64,000 nucleotides of DNA from contig NC_045697.1 of assembly GCF_009834535.1 (NCBI RefSeq), positions 22,260,001 to 22,324,000 of the forward strand. The letters run 5' to 3'. The position numbers and the translations under genes are program-made. The notes beneath the pieces are model-generated. The model did no database searches. It was not told the origin of the DNA and worked only from the letters and a program-made list of their open reading frames with translations. Each line of letters starts with the position of its first letter. The first letter of the stretch is position 1. Of this stretch, positions 26,401 through 40,200 are shown piece after piece. The DNA is from Camelus ferus (lineage: Eukaryota).

Positions 26401-29400
26401 ATTTCAAAGGGAAGATGAAGTGATGAGAAAAAGTATGTAGTACAAAGAAAATATCAGTAGTAAGAGTAAACTGTCAGTAACAAGGGCCATGTCCTTTCTT
26501 ACACATCACATAATTTTAACCCCCCATCCTGTTACCACCGAAGCCCTTGCTTTAAATAGCATAAAAGCACAGTCCTAGAACATATGTTTTAATTTAGCTA
26601 GTAGATCTTTCAGAGTGCCATCCATTTACCCAATAATTAGAAACATTTAAATATAATGGGATAAAGGCTCCTCTTGCACTTTAAAAATGAAAATAAAATG
26701 TTTGAATTGTAAAATGTCATCTGATTGATTTTTTTTCTACAAATCTGTAGTTATTATTAAGCCTTGTTTTGAAAGGTGTGTTCAACTAGGATACCCACTG
26801 TTTGCCTCAGACTTGATTAATCAATTAAGAAAAAAAAGTGTGTGCAAGGAATATAAGAAAATTGTCAAAAATGTCTTGATTACTTAAAAAAAAATCAATT
26901 ATATTTTTCAGCTGTGATTTTTAAAAAATCAGTGTGCAAAAGTACTAGTGAGTTAACAAAGTACTATTAAAACCCATAATATTGAATCATTTGATTTATT
27001 AGAAACCACCGGAACTCACTATTAAGTAAATGTCTAGTTAATGATAATTAGAATAAGATTGTTCTTTAGAGAAAAAGTAGAATTCTTCTTATTTGCATTT
27101 AGCCCTATTTTCAAAAGTCATCTATCTTTGAAGAGACAGAGCCACAGAAAGCTATAAAAGGAAAGTAAACTTGCCCCAGGCCTTAGCAATAGTACCAAGC
27201 AGAACTAAAATACATACATAACACGCAATATGTTGGAATAAGGAAGAAAAAAACCTCAAAAAGATTTCTGGTGTTGACATATCTATTTACACTACAGATT
27301 TCCAGAGAAAAGAGCTGCTTTCAAATTCCATTTGGGTGTGTTTTGGGTGTGTTTTCTTAATAGTAAGCAGACTTTCTTATACTTAGGGTTCTGAATAAAA
27401 TGGACTATAATCAAGGAAATATCAAACTAGCTAACCTATTAAGCATTTATTTCTAAAGTTGACCACATTTTATATTTCTTAGATTCTCCATGCAATTTAA
27501 TTATAATCATATATGTATACAGATTTTGATCATTTTTATATGCAGTTTTATAAGTGGAAATTGGATAGATTTGGAAGCATTATATAACGTTTTCTTAATA
27601 TGGCCCTTAAGTTTCTTTTGCTTAGAACTTCACCAAAAGTCCCCATGAGGTACCTCTACAATGACTCATATTTCTGTCTCTTTCAATATTGCAGCATTAT
27701 TATTTTAGGTTTCCGTATGATTTTTGGCCAAGATAGCTGAGATTACATGACCTTATCTCAAGAATGTTACCAAGGTTCATTTTTCCCATTCCCCAACTTC
27801 TTACTTAAAAAAGTCGGAATGATCAGATAGCCTTGTGAGAAACCTCTTAAATATAAAACAATCTTGTTTAAGAAGGACTTTTTTTTTTTTTAACTTCCTT
27901 CTGATTTCTAATTGAGAATGAACTTAACAGAAACTGGAGAAAATAGACACGGAATAGTACATGAAATTAACTGAACTACTTTTGAAAGGCTTGGACTCCA
28001 GATAGAAGTCTTAAATGAATCCACATTACTTCTGGGCTAACCTTTGTCCAATATTACAGCAATTTTTTTGTGCGAAGAAACATAGTGAAAATTATTACTT
28101 ATGACAACCAAAAGACAAGTATATGTGGAGAATCATATTCTAAATATGCATATGAAATACTGTAAATTATATTTATTTTCCCCTATGAAATATGGGTTTT
28201 ATTCTGAATCGCATAGAATAAAATATGGTAGAATAAGAATTTGTCCATTCATATTTAACACAATTCAGATGTTTCATAAATTTTTAGATCCAACTAAATT
28301 GAACTGAAAGTTTGGGTGTCTGGACAGTTGGTAGATACTGATAAGAAAGGGCTTTTTTTTAAAAAGCAAGAAGGTTGAAATGAATCTTGACTTTATTAAA
28401 ATTTTGGTTTTGTTTTCAAAATCATTTTTTCCTTAAAACTGACCGATAGAGTTATCTTTCTGCCATCCTTTAAAAAAGTGAAAAGCCTAACTTCACTTTT
28501 TTTTTCCCCAGCTAAATTTTAAAGGATTACGTTCTTAATCTTGACATTCAAAGGAGACATCGTGTGATATTGTAAATGTTCCAGCAGGATTAAAGAGAGA
28601 AACTGCAGTGTCTCTAAGAGCACTCCAACCTGTCTTCAAAATGCTCATTTTTCGGTGGTGGGACAGGATGGGACAGACTCTCTAAGCCCTTGACCTCATC
28701 AAAGAAGTCAGCTGTGTCAAAGTGTGACTACCTTTAATTTACTAAGTAACATCCAGGGCATTAATGCAGTATTTTTTGCTTGTAACGCTTTCCTCCCCAG
28801 CCTCAGACAGTGATGCTAAAATAATAAATAGGAAATGCCTACTATCATAAATATTTTTGTCTTTAAAAGTTATAAATAGAAATTAGATAACAGTAAATGT
28901 GAAAAAATATAATCATTTGCTACATATAGTGTGCTCTGCCTAATACTTGTGCTATTGACTCTGTTCATCGTACTTATTATATTCAAAGAATAAATATTAT
29001 CTGATGTAAAGATTTGATATACAGTTTTGATTCAGATTATTAAGAAATGCCACTATGCTTCCCATAATGATGTGAGTATATTAAGACTGAAGTTCAGCTG
29101 CCTATACTATGGGAACATAAAATAATAACTGGAAAGGAAGGCTACATTTGATTTCCAATAATGAATATATAGAGAGGTTGCAGGGAAATATTTAAAAGTT
29201 GAAAACTATATGATAGGTCCATTTACAGGGACAGGAACTTAATTCTGATGTGAAATTAGTTAAATGCATGGCTATTGAGAAGTTAGCATTGTTGTTGAAT
29301 TCACTCATTGCGTTTCATCTAAAGAGTAGGGCATTCTTGTCAACTTTCCTAATTCAGCAACTGATGGCTAGACGTGTTAAACAAGTATCTTGACTTGGCA

Positions 29401-31499
29401 ACTTTTAAAATTGATCATAAGGTCAAAAACATTTTGTGCCATCCTCCTTATCTGATTCTTTTGTTCATCCTTTCCTCTTCACTAAGAAATCGCAGGGTTT
29501 TTTCCTACAAATGACCATGTCAAATCTGTTGATGGCAGATTCAATGCCTAACAGGAAGACGCTCTTTAAAGAATGCCAGAAAGTAAAAACAAAAAAAAAA
29601 AGTTGATAAAGACAAAGAGTGGATTTTGCCAGCTTGGAAAGCATCAGGAAACTAAAGGCGTTGAATCAGTTAATCCAGTTGCTTTGTCTGGAAAAACATA
29701 ATCTTTCTCTTGTAGCCTTATAGAGGCTTGTTAGATGAGGCAGAAAAATGAATGAGATTTGAGTTCCTGCTTTCTGTGAAGTCTATGCTGTCCCCATCAT
29801 CTCCTTCCATGCATCTTTTTGAGGTCCAGACCCATGTGAAAAAAAAAAAAAAAAGCAGTTTTTTGGTTTTAAGTAAATAAATTAAATTGCAGCAAAAAGC
29901 CTAATCCTTGATTTATAGCTTTTCTAAAGACTTTTCAGATGATAGTCTCCCACAAGTATTTTTAAGAAGTCTGTTTTTGCTTGCAGTGTGAATGTGTGTG
30001 TGCCCTGGAACATATGAGCACTGTGACCCCGTCTCTTTGTTATACAGATATACTACCTATATACACAGGGATTTGTAGGCTAAAAGAGGTGCTTAATGCT
30101 ATTTACCTTATCATGCATAATAAGCAACTTGTTTGGGTTTACAAAATTTGGAGGCAGGTATATGTATATGTGATGTGCACAGAAAAAAACAGTATAGAGA
30201 AAATTCCAGTTTCAGAGAAGAATTAATCCTTGTAGGGATAGTCTCATGTATGTTTCTGTCTCTATAAATATAGAGATATTTTATACTTATCTATGCATAT
30301 AAACATATAGCCTTGGGCATCTCTTTAAGACACGACCATACAATAACATGCCTGGTATCTTTGCAACTCTAGCTAGCTAGAGATCAGAATTCCAGAAGGG
30401 TAAGAGCCAAAGCACAAGGAATAATACATATTTAATCAAAATTCACTCGTAGGCTAAGAGGTGATTGGCAGAGAACAAGCAATATTAAGTACTCAGCTCT
30501 TCTCAGAGAAACCACAGTGAATACATAGCCAAGAATACCATCTGTTGAATATGAAATTCTTGGATCAAGACATTATAGATACATTTCCCCAAACAGCAGG
30601 GACAGAGGTCTTTCTGGAAACAAAATCGCAATAGGGTTGCAGAAACGCCAAGTAAGAGAGAGGCAAATAACTGTTCACTGTATTGTGGGGAGCAGCCTTC
30701 CTTACTGCTAGTGCAGGGTGTGATTAATTACGTGGCATGGTTTGTGATGCTGGTAGTAAATAAATAGAGTCTTTCTGTTCGAATAATTTCTAAATCAGTA
30801 TGTCAACAACCGGCTGTGGGTAGATCAAAATCATCTCATCATGTGAGGTGTCTGTACCTTTATTCACTCTCAGAATTCATCATGTTCCCTGTCACTTACT
30901 GTGTTTTATAAAGATAATAGAAGGGTGGCTGTGTGATATCCAATGGGAGATTTATACAGGAGGATTAATGAATGGTGTCCCTAAGGTGAAACTCAGGCAC
31001 AATTCTACACTTTGTATTTGGCTCTGGTATTCTTAGAAAAGACACATTTTTCTGTATATTAAAAAATTACCTTTACTAAAACTTGCCTGAATATGAATCT
31101 GCATCTTTTTTAGGTAAGCAGCCTAGTATCGAGAAATAGACAGTGGTTGATGTAGAAATGACCTATGCTAATGGGAACAGGTACAGAATGGCAGGTAGGA
31201 AGAGTGAAAAACACAGCAGAAGAAATATAATACAAGTACAGATTTTAATGAAAGGACTCTGGCTCCCTTAACTGAACCCATTGAAAAAAGTTGGAAACCA
31301 ATGTGAAGGGGACTAAAATGTTGATTGATTTAAAATTTCATCTTGTGACATTTTTTCATTCAAACTAATTATCTGCAAATGCTCTGCTTTATATTTACCT
31401 TGGAAATTTCTATATTTTCCTTCAGTTTCCTGGAGCCTCATACATCGCTATTATGACACAACTAATTAATATTTTAACTTATAATAGATGGTCAATAAT

Positions 31500-31725
31500 T
31501 AGTTAATGGAGGGACATAAGAGAGCTCTTTTAAATACTTTATACGTATTAACTCTGTTAATTCTTGTAACAATTCTAAGGAGTAGATGCCATTACAATCC
31601 CCAATTGTTTCCTTAAGGAAACCTGAGGCAGAAATTTTAAGTAAAAGGCCAAAGGTCACTCAGTTAGTAAACTGAGTTGAACCTAGCCCTCTTTCTCCAC
31701 ATCCTGTGCTCCCAACCACTGTAAT
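31500..31725 (-). mobile_element. MIR SINE
   Basis: tactttatacgtattaactc...cttgtaacaattctaaggagtagatgccattacaatcccc...aaggaaacctgaggcag...aaaggtcactcagttagtaa. Confidence 0.75.
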
Positions 31726-32029
31726 ACCTTGTACATGAAAAGAACCTTTTGATATGTGTTTTTAGACTCATAGTACACCCGTATGTATTCATGACGCTGT
31801 TTGTCTCTCAAACCTGGGTAGAGCATCACCTGGGGACAGTGCCCTCTTATTACCTATATAGAGGAATCCAGCAGAAAAGACCATTGTCTTCTGGTCATCT
31901 TGAGAGGTGCATATGACTTGAAGAATTCCTGTTAATACTTCTATCAGGAGATTGCAAGCAACACGAAGAACCACATCATTATTTAGGTGAATTCAGATTC
32001 ATAAAAGAAATACTTCAAGAAAGTTTAGT

Positions 32030-32170
32030 GACTTTCTCTTGATTTTCCCTGAGCCTTTCTGTATATCTTGTACATGCCATACATTTTGTTTTGTATTATA
32101 TTTGTATATGCCTTCTCTCTCTTTCTAGGCTTCTTGAAAGCAAGAGTCATTATTTAATGGTGTTGATAAT
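32030..32170 (+). mobile_element. L2 3' fragment
   Basis: ttgtattatatttgtatatgccttctctctc...ggcttcttgaaagcaagagtcat. Confidence 0.4.
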
Positions 32171-35100
32171 TTCAACTGTTGCTTATGAAAGAAAAATACG
32201 TGAGTCAAGGATATCTGTCATAATTCTCCAAATTAGCAAGGAAAAGAACATCCTATATTGTAATTAGAATCAAAACATTATTGCTGAATCCTTTAAAATG
32301 CATAAATGTAAAGAATTTTTTAAAAATGCATCTGCTTCCTTAGAATCCCTGTACCCATGTCTACCATCTTTTCAGTGTGATTAACTCACAATGAGAGTCA
32401 CATTTTAAAAATAAGTAATCATAGTTCTTTCCACCTACCTACTAAAGTGTAATAAAAGCTTCAAGTATCTTCAGTGCTTTCAATGATAATATGAAGCTAT
32501 GGTTTTATGCTCCAATAATTATTTTAGTTCCATGATACAATATACCACATGTTAACACCCAAAATATCTTACACTTTAGGTATTCCATTTTTACTTCCTA
32601 ATATGGTGCATTTGCACTACATTTTTGGACTATTTCAGACACGTTATCTTGTAATTCTGACTCAGTCAGAAAACAGCTAAGAGCACTACTTGTTTGCTTG
32701 AGATAAACGGGTTCCCGGTCATTCATCACCTCTCATGCTGAAAATGACCACACTGCAGTGACATTGTGTTGTTGGCAAAAGTTGGCAAAACTATGCCAGT
32801 AAGTATAATTGGATAATGTCTTCCAAACATTATTTCTATAGTTTAAACTGTAAAATGTTATAGTTTCTAAAGCACATAATATAATGTGTTTTAGGAACAG
32901 AAAGAGAATTTGTAATAAATACAGAAAAAGAAAAATACATGTCTCTTAAAGGCCACCCTGCTATTTTAACAATTTAAGGATATTTTGGCTACTTTACCAA
33001 AATACAAAATGCCAAGAAAAATTTTTCTCCTTTTTTCCCTTTTCTTGGCATTACATACGTGTGAAGTTGAGTAAGATTGTAAATTAATCTCAGCACTGAT
33101 AGGTGCTATACTAAATGCTGTGTATAAAATAGCAAGAAATGGCTTGAACCGTAATTATATTTTTACATTTTCAACTCCCAGTATTGAAATATTAAAGTTA
33201 AATTTAGAATAGTGACATATTTAGATTTATTTTCTGACTTGGGGATCTCTTTAAAGCAATTCACAAAAACTTCTTATAAATTTTTTCATTTTTCCCCCAT
33301 AATTCTACCTAATGATGTTCCCTGAATAGTAATTTTAGCTAATGGAGAAGTAACATGATATACGGAGAACTGTCAGCTATCAGTCTTACAATAAGGAAAA
33401 ATACCAAAAAAACCCAGCCCGGTTAATAAGCCCAGTGTTTTAGCGTTCAGACGTTTCTGCTGAGCAAAGTGAGCTAATTTTCTTTTGCAAGCCCCAGATA
33501 ACTTAGTAAGATTTTAGAGCTGCTTGTCAAATGTAATTTGACCTAATAATTACCCTTAAAGATGTGATTAAGAAACACCTGACTCAGAAGTTGCGTACAT
33601 ACGCAAACCACGAGCCATCACCCCTTCCTCTCCTTTGATTTCAGTGGCTAACAGCCAAGTCAGCAGGCTGGGAAGTGGCCTTCAGGAGTAACCTGCCAGT
33701 TTATAGTTTATTCAGGTCATTGCACTTATGCCAAATGTGCGTAACGAGAAGAGAGTCCTTGGTGTGTGCAGGCATTAGATGTATGCATTGTTCTGAAAGA
33801 CTTTATGGGGAAAAAAAGGAATTCCTGTCATCTGTCTTTAATATAAATGCTAACAAATACTAAAACTGAAATTCAAGCAATAAGAATATTTGCAGTTACA
33901 CTAAAGTAAACGTGTACTCCAAGGATGCCAAAAAAATATTTTTTCCCTCTAGACCTGGACACCTACTTTTATATAGAAGATTGTTCTTTAATCTTTAAGG
34001 TTTACAAATTGATGAGAAAAATACTATTTTCATATTCCTTCTTTACGATTTTCTGTTCTGAATTCACCGATTAATTCTTAAATAAGATTTAATCCCATGT
34101 CTCCTTTCAGAATATCTCTGGAAAGTGTTATCTAGATATATATATTTTTGTTTCTGCTTTCCCGAAACTTATGATATATCAATGTTTAAGAACACAAAAC
34201 TTGTTCAGTTAAAAAATCTTTATGAAATACACCTGACAAGTAACATGATTAGAGTTTATCTCTTAATATAATGAATATTTTCAGTGAGATTCTGATTAGT
34301 AATTTTCAACTTTCATTTCTAGCTTAGTTCATTTTTTTTAAACTGCTATTTTCTGGAAAAAATTTCTAGACAGGCTATTATTATAGCCAGTCACCAAACC
34401 TAAAGGCAACTTCCTGAGGTTGCTGGTGTTTTTCTTATTTCTTACCCAAAAAGGACTTTAAAAAACTCTTCATATATATATATATGCTTATGAATTTCAC
34501 TTCTTTGTGGATTTCTATAAAAAATCTAAAAATAATTCAGGAAAATATTTTTAAATTTGGAAAGAAATTTTAATTTCTTTTTATAAGATTAAGAATATGA
34601 AAATAGATGATTGTAAAAAAAGTTAATTATTTCTGTTATCCTATTCAACATGCAGGTTCACAGTGATTTTTCAAAATTTATTAATCAGTAATTCATTCAT
34701 GTTCTGTATTTTGAACATTTGAACATTTTGATACAACTTTATATCCTCGTTTAACTCCCAATTATTCTCACCGTTATTGTCAGGAAGTTTTACTCAACCA
34801 AAATATAATGTATAGTTATCCATAATATATAATAATTTTCATTCCACTTACAAATTTATGAATAAAGTTTCCACTCAACTCAAGAGGAATTTCACAACTT
34901 AGAAGCGCAGAGAGTGAGATTCTGGATGTATATAATTAAAGAGTGGAGCTAAAATGCTTGCATGATTAAAGGAAATGAAAAATTAGAAGTATTTATAATG
35001 GCTGAATTGTGAAATTATAATCAGGCTCAGTGTGAAGTACTATGATTTCCATTCCGGTGGTCGTTTCAGTAATCTCTTGCCTGATGGAGTTACTATTCTT

Positions 35101-35591
35101 TCCCCGTGCACGTGTTCACATTTTCTGCATACTTTACATTATGAGAAGCTGCCTAATTCCATGTTCTGAGAAGTGTTTGGTACAATGTTGATGTGGAATA
35201 AGGTTTCCCTTTAAATAAGAAAAGTAATGTACAAATATTTTCCATAGATACATACTCCAAAATATACATATTTCTCTATCTCTAAGAAAGGAGATTATCT
35301 TTTTCCAAATAAATACAAAAAGGCAAATGTCAAAGCTTTATCTTTCTTAGATTTAAGTATGATATAATAAATGAAATTCAAAGGATGTTGTAAGGATAGA
35401 CATTGGAAAAGGAAAAAAATGAATTAGAAAAAGCTACAAACATAAGGTATGTTTTGGATCAGGTTCTAATCTCTCAGCAATGGTAACATTTCTATTCTCC
35501 AGAGAGATTTGATTATGTTTCTCTGAAGCTATTTGTTGTGTTTAAAATAATAGACCATCATTATTGAAAGGGCCTTTACAAATCATCTAGT

Positions 35592-35780
35592 CCAATGGTT
35601 CTTAACTAACTTGAGTTTTGAGGCACTTGGTGAATATGATGAGGGTTCAAGACCCTCTCACTGGATAATTACACACTTGCCCAGAATCACAGTTTTGCAC
35701 AAAATTCTGTGTAATTTCCAGAAATTCTCATTAATCCAGACAACCCACAGATGCAATTTAAAAGCCTCTGATTATTCAAA
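35592..35780. mobile_element. hAT-Charlie MITE (Charlie4z/MER103-like) next to a MIR3 end
   Basis: caatggttcttaac...tgaatatgatgagggttcaagaccctctc...cacaaaattctgtgtaatttccag...ttaaaagcctctg with degenerate TIRs; preceded by gaaagggcctttacaaatcatctagtc. Confidence 0.55.
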
Positions 35781-37104
35781 GTTCATCTTATAAATGTGTT
35801 GAGACCCAGAGAGAAAAAAAGATGCCTTAACTCCAATTCCATTGACCTTTTCATACCTCTCCAAGTTGTCCAGCCATCTGCGCTGATAATGTTCCAAACA
35901 GACTCCCACCCAATATTCATTTTTTTTTTCTTATTTCTATGACCGGAAGGAAACAGAAATGTGTGGAAGGGATTTCCTCTTTCCATTAGAGACTAGTCCA
36001 GTTCTGCTACCTAATTTTGTCTTTATAGACGGAAAAAGTATTTTGTCCTTTCTCTGTTATGAAAGTGTGTATGTGTGTGTGCATGTGTGTGTGTCCATCA
36101 CCATTTCAAAGCTTAAATAGGTTATTCCCTCTTTCTGTTAAGTGTTTGCTTCTGCATCCATCTGCCAAAGAATAATGTGGACTAAGTTTGCTGTCCAGTG
36201 GCAAGCACTTGGATGCTGCGTTCTTATTTCCCACAGATACTACCTGATTTTCAAATAGGCTGAGATGTTCTTTTGCTGTAAACAGTAAGGAATTATTTTG
36301 AACCTCTTAAAGTAAGAGCTTTGTGACGACTAAGGCACAGCCAGAGGAGTCACTTTTATCACATTCATTTAATCACAGTTTAAGGGCTGTCCATGTCAGC
36401 ACTGCATGCTTCTCTCTTGTTCTGAGTAATTGTCAAAACGTAGGTTCTGTTTTTGTGTCACTCTTCTTAAAAAAAGATGATCAGTGGAACTTGGTAGGGA
36501 GGAACTGACTGACAGACTTCTTGCCACTTCTTTCTGCTCCTTAAAAACATATATCTCTGAGTGCATCTCTTGAGGTGGTGGAACACCAGGTAGAGCGGGG
36601 ATTTTCCAGAGCAACGTGGGAAACGTATTTGTCTTCCACAGCTTCCTCTGGAGGTTATAGAAATGAAATTAAAAATACAGTACAATTTCCATCTATATAC
36701 TAGTTGGAAGACAAATTGTTAAACCTGAAACTCAAATGTAAGTTTTCTTAAAAGCATCACTGCAGATACATCCATTACATTGTGATTCATCTTTGCTTCC
36801 TCCTGTAACCAGGTTCCTCCTATAACTGGGATCTTGGAGGAGTGATACTTCTGAGACTTTGAAAGGCAACAGTGTGAGCCAGAGAGTCCCTTCGTTCCTT
36901 TATGGTTATTGGCAAGCATAAATGAGATAACAATACATGAGAAATTCTATTATAAACAAAATACCACAAGATGATACAGAAACTGTTTGTAAATCTTTAA
37001 ATGTGTCATCTGAGATTATCATCACCTAAGTCTTTAGAGTTCTTCCCACTTTTATTCTTCCTTTCCAGTTTATGGTGGGCATTTTGTTGGAAGCTATGAA
37101 TTCA

Positions 37105-37260
37105 AGATATTTGTCACTGTCTTGGGTGACAGTCTGTAACTTCCATCTGCACAATTTCCACATCCTCAAAATAGTGACTGTAATACCTGCCTCTTTAAAA
37201 TCCTAAGAAGAATTGAGTGAAATAATGTATGTGAAAACCATTTGCCAATTGCCGTTGCTA
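37105..37260 (+). mobile_element. MIR SINE
   Basis: caatttccacatcctcaaaatagtgactgtaatacctgcctc...gaattgagtgaaataatgtatgtgaaaac. Confidence 0.65.
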
Positions 37261-40200
37261 AAGAGAAAAAGGTGATAGTTTCACCCTCCTGAAAATCTCG
37301 CAGTAAATAAAATCATCAAAACTGATTCAATCTGCAGAACCACATATCTGAACCTGCTTGGATGTCTGTGACAATGTCTGGAACAGAAGCATTCCAGGCC
37401 TCCCAGTACAGAGCTGAACCAATCCATTTAGATTTTTCATTCAAAAGACAGGGAGCTGGATGACCATCACTTCAGCAATTATTATGTAATACAGGTTAAA
37501 GCCAGTCAATGAGAGGCTACAAAATGGGCAGAGCACGTCTTACAGGCTGAAGAATCTTCACAAGGGAGCGTGAGGAGAAACGTGTATTTCCTTGGTAAGA
37601 AATGTGTTAGTTTATACTGTGGAATCACAGATAGGTCACACTGAGATAAGGGAAAGCATTTCTGATAAACAGAAGCAAATCAGCAAGGCACATCCAGCAG
37701 CGGGACTGGGAGCAGTTTCACAGCATCTGTCAGAGGCCAGTGGAACTGGGGAGAGCATTAGCGAAAATCCTGCCCTTGGTCCAGACACCACTGGTAGGGA
37801 ACATAAAAACCACAACAAAAAAAATACGTATGGTTCAGCAGAAGTCTGCTTCTCCAAAACATTGCCTGCAGCCAGTGCATTTTCCTTTAAATCCCTAAAA
37901 CATTGAAGTTAAGTTTTATGATCAATATTACAAAAAAACATTATGCCTTAGGGACAAGTTCTTCAGCATCCAGTGTCAATTTGCCATATAATTCTTTTGT
38001 TATTTGAAAAGAAAAGATCCTTGGGCTTAAATATTGAGAGCCAAACTAATGATCCAAAAGGTGTAGCTATAGGTGAAAAATCAAATCCAGTAGTAGTTGG
38101 GTGTATGTTTTCAGAAACAAAAGAGACCTTGACCTGTACAAAAGCCAAAGATATAATAGAGAACTGAATTATGGATATACTAGGCAGGCATTTTTATGGT
38201 TGAAACCTTAGCTTTAAATATCGCCTGGTGCCATTTTCTTTCCTTTTATTTTAGGCTATTAATTGTGGTTATAAGGATTGGTCCCCTGGTGGATTTTGTA
38301 CCTAGCTTAAATTCATTTCTTTGGTCTAGTGAGTCCCACTCGGTCACCCCCACCCTTACTTTGGAGTATTGAATACAAGGATGATTAAGGAGAGGGAACC
38401 AAGGCAATGGAGGTAGTTCACTGGGGGCACCTGCAGGGGATTTATAACTTTTCTCTTCCTACAGAGAATCAACTAACTGACCCCAGAACGATTCTCCGCA
38501 GCCCGTTCAAGGAACCCTAGTTTCTTATCAGACATCTCTACATGTTCTGCCTTCCAAAATAACTTCTACTGGTGTCTTTTGTCTGGGTCTCTGTTTTGTA
38601 ATAGAGCATTGTAAGAAATCATTCATTTCTTATTTTTCAAAAAGTTATTTCAGTATTTCTTTTTTAAGAAAAAAAAAAAGGTGAAAAAAGCCTAGTCCTG
38701 ACAGAGACCCAAGTACTGGTCAGTTGAGGCTTGGAAGAGAAGCAAGTAACTGAGGTTTTCTACACGGGAAATAATATCCTTTTAAAAACAACAACAACAA
38801 AAAAAGAAAGAAAGAATTAAGAATTTTTCAGAATCCCTGTACACTGTTAGTTTAGGAAATTTTCTGTTGATTTGTAAACTAACTCTGTTTCTTCTGATTA
38901 TTATAGAATGGTTATTTTATCCTGGCTCGTTTATCAATATATTGTGGCCTTGTTAATGTTAAGAAGGACATTCCAAATCCTTACCTAATGAAGCCTGACG
39001 TAGTCTTGCCATGATGTTCCCATCATCAGAGGCTGCATTTTCCTTGGTGCTAGTGACCCAGGGTAAATAGAAAATTGTTGTATGGAAATAACCTGTCTAA
39101 CATTTCAGGCCCTTAATAAGTGCTGAAATATTACATAACTTCACTAATAAGACAACATCGTAGTCTAAAATGCAGGCAAACCCTGTGTGCAAAATATATC
39201 TCAATTATTTACGTTACATAAAATTGTTCTCCTGTCATGAGAATTTTGGCAGGTAGAATTATTTCTGGTCTTTAGAATGTATTTAGCTTAACTATTCAGG
39301 AAAATCTATTATATATATACATATATTTTTTTTTTTTTTCAAGATTTGAGTCACCTTTCCAACATAGGAAAAGATGCAATCAAGCTTACATTTAAATAGA
39401 AAGTTGGGTCACTGGATCTGGAGGGGAAAAAAGTTAAGAAGTAATTGAAGGGTATAAAAAGGACCTACAGAAGAACCTCCTTTTCACCTTGTCCCAAAAT
39501 GCAGGGTAAAAATAGATACTCTCAATTAAATTAAAGAGTAGCAAATTTAGAATTTCTTTTTGTAGCAAGTAATCAACCTGTGGGATTTAAAGCCTCGGCT
39601 GGTTGAGTTAAATCTATGTCTAGAGTTTAAAAACAAATAGATAATTTCATGGCTGTAGAAGTTTAGGTGATGGTTTAGGAATAATCAAATCTCACGCTTT
39701 CAGGCTTACAGGGATATATAGAGACAAGAGAAACCTCTTCCCAGAGTAAAACACAACTGGGGACACGTTGTTTACTTCAAACCTTAGACATCTGTCAATG
39801 TGAGAAAAGAGCAATCCAGGTAAACAGATTCTAAGATCCTTGCTCTCTGTTGAGTCATACAATTTATGACTGGGTTTATTGTGTCCTGGGAGAGATAAAC
39901 AAGCAAAAAAGAAAAAATTCATAAGTATACTTTCTCTAAAAGTCCATAATTGATCACTTTGAGAATAATAAAAAAATACATTCCTTCAATTTTTTGTTTT
40001 GTGGCAATAGGTTTTCCTGTTAATGGGTGTGTATATGTGTGCTTTTCCATTAGGTGTTGTGTGTGTGTGTGTGTTTGTACAGTGACAGAGAGACAGAGAA
40101 ATTTTTACCACTGTTACGTAACTTTTGTTTAAGGTGAAGTAAGCTTTCCCCAAGTTGTCTCATCTAGACATCCACTAAACTATGACAAATATATGTCATG

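Noticed and set aside
30367..30382. 16-bp perfect palindrome ctctagctagctagag
   Set aside because: Largely explained by a short (CTAG)n repeat, which is self-complementary.
37592..37906. Overlapping sense/antisense ORFs (104 aa and 73 aa)
   Set aside because: Locally higher GC lowers stop frequency; no splice signals or recognisable homology.
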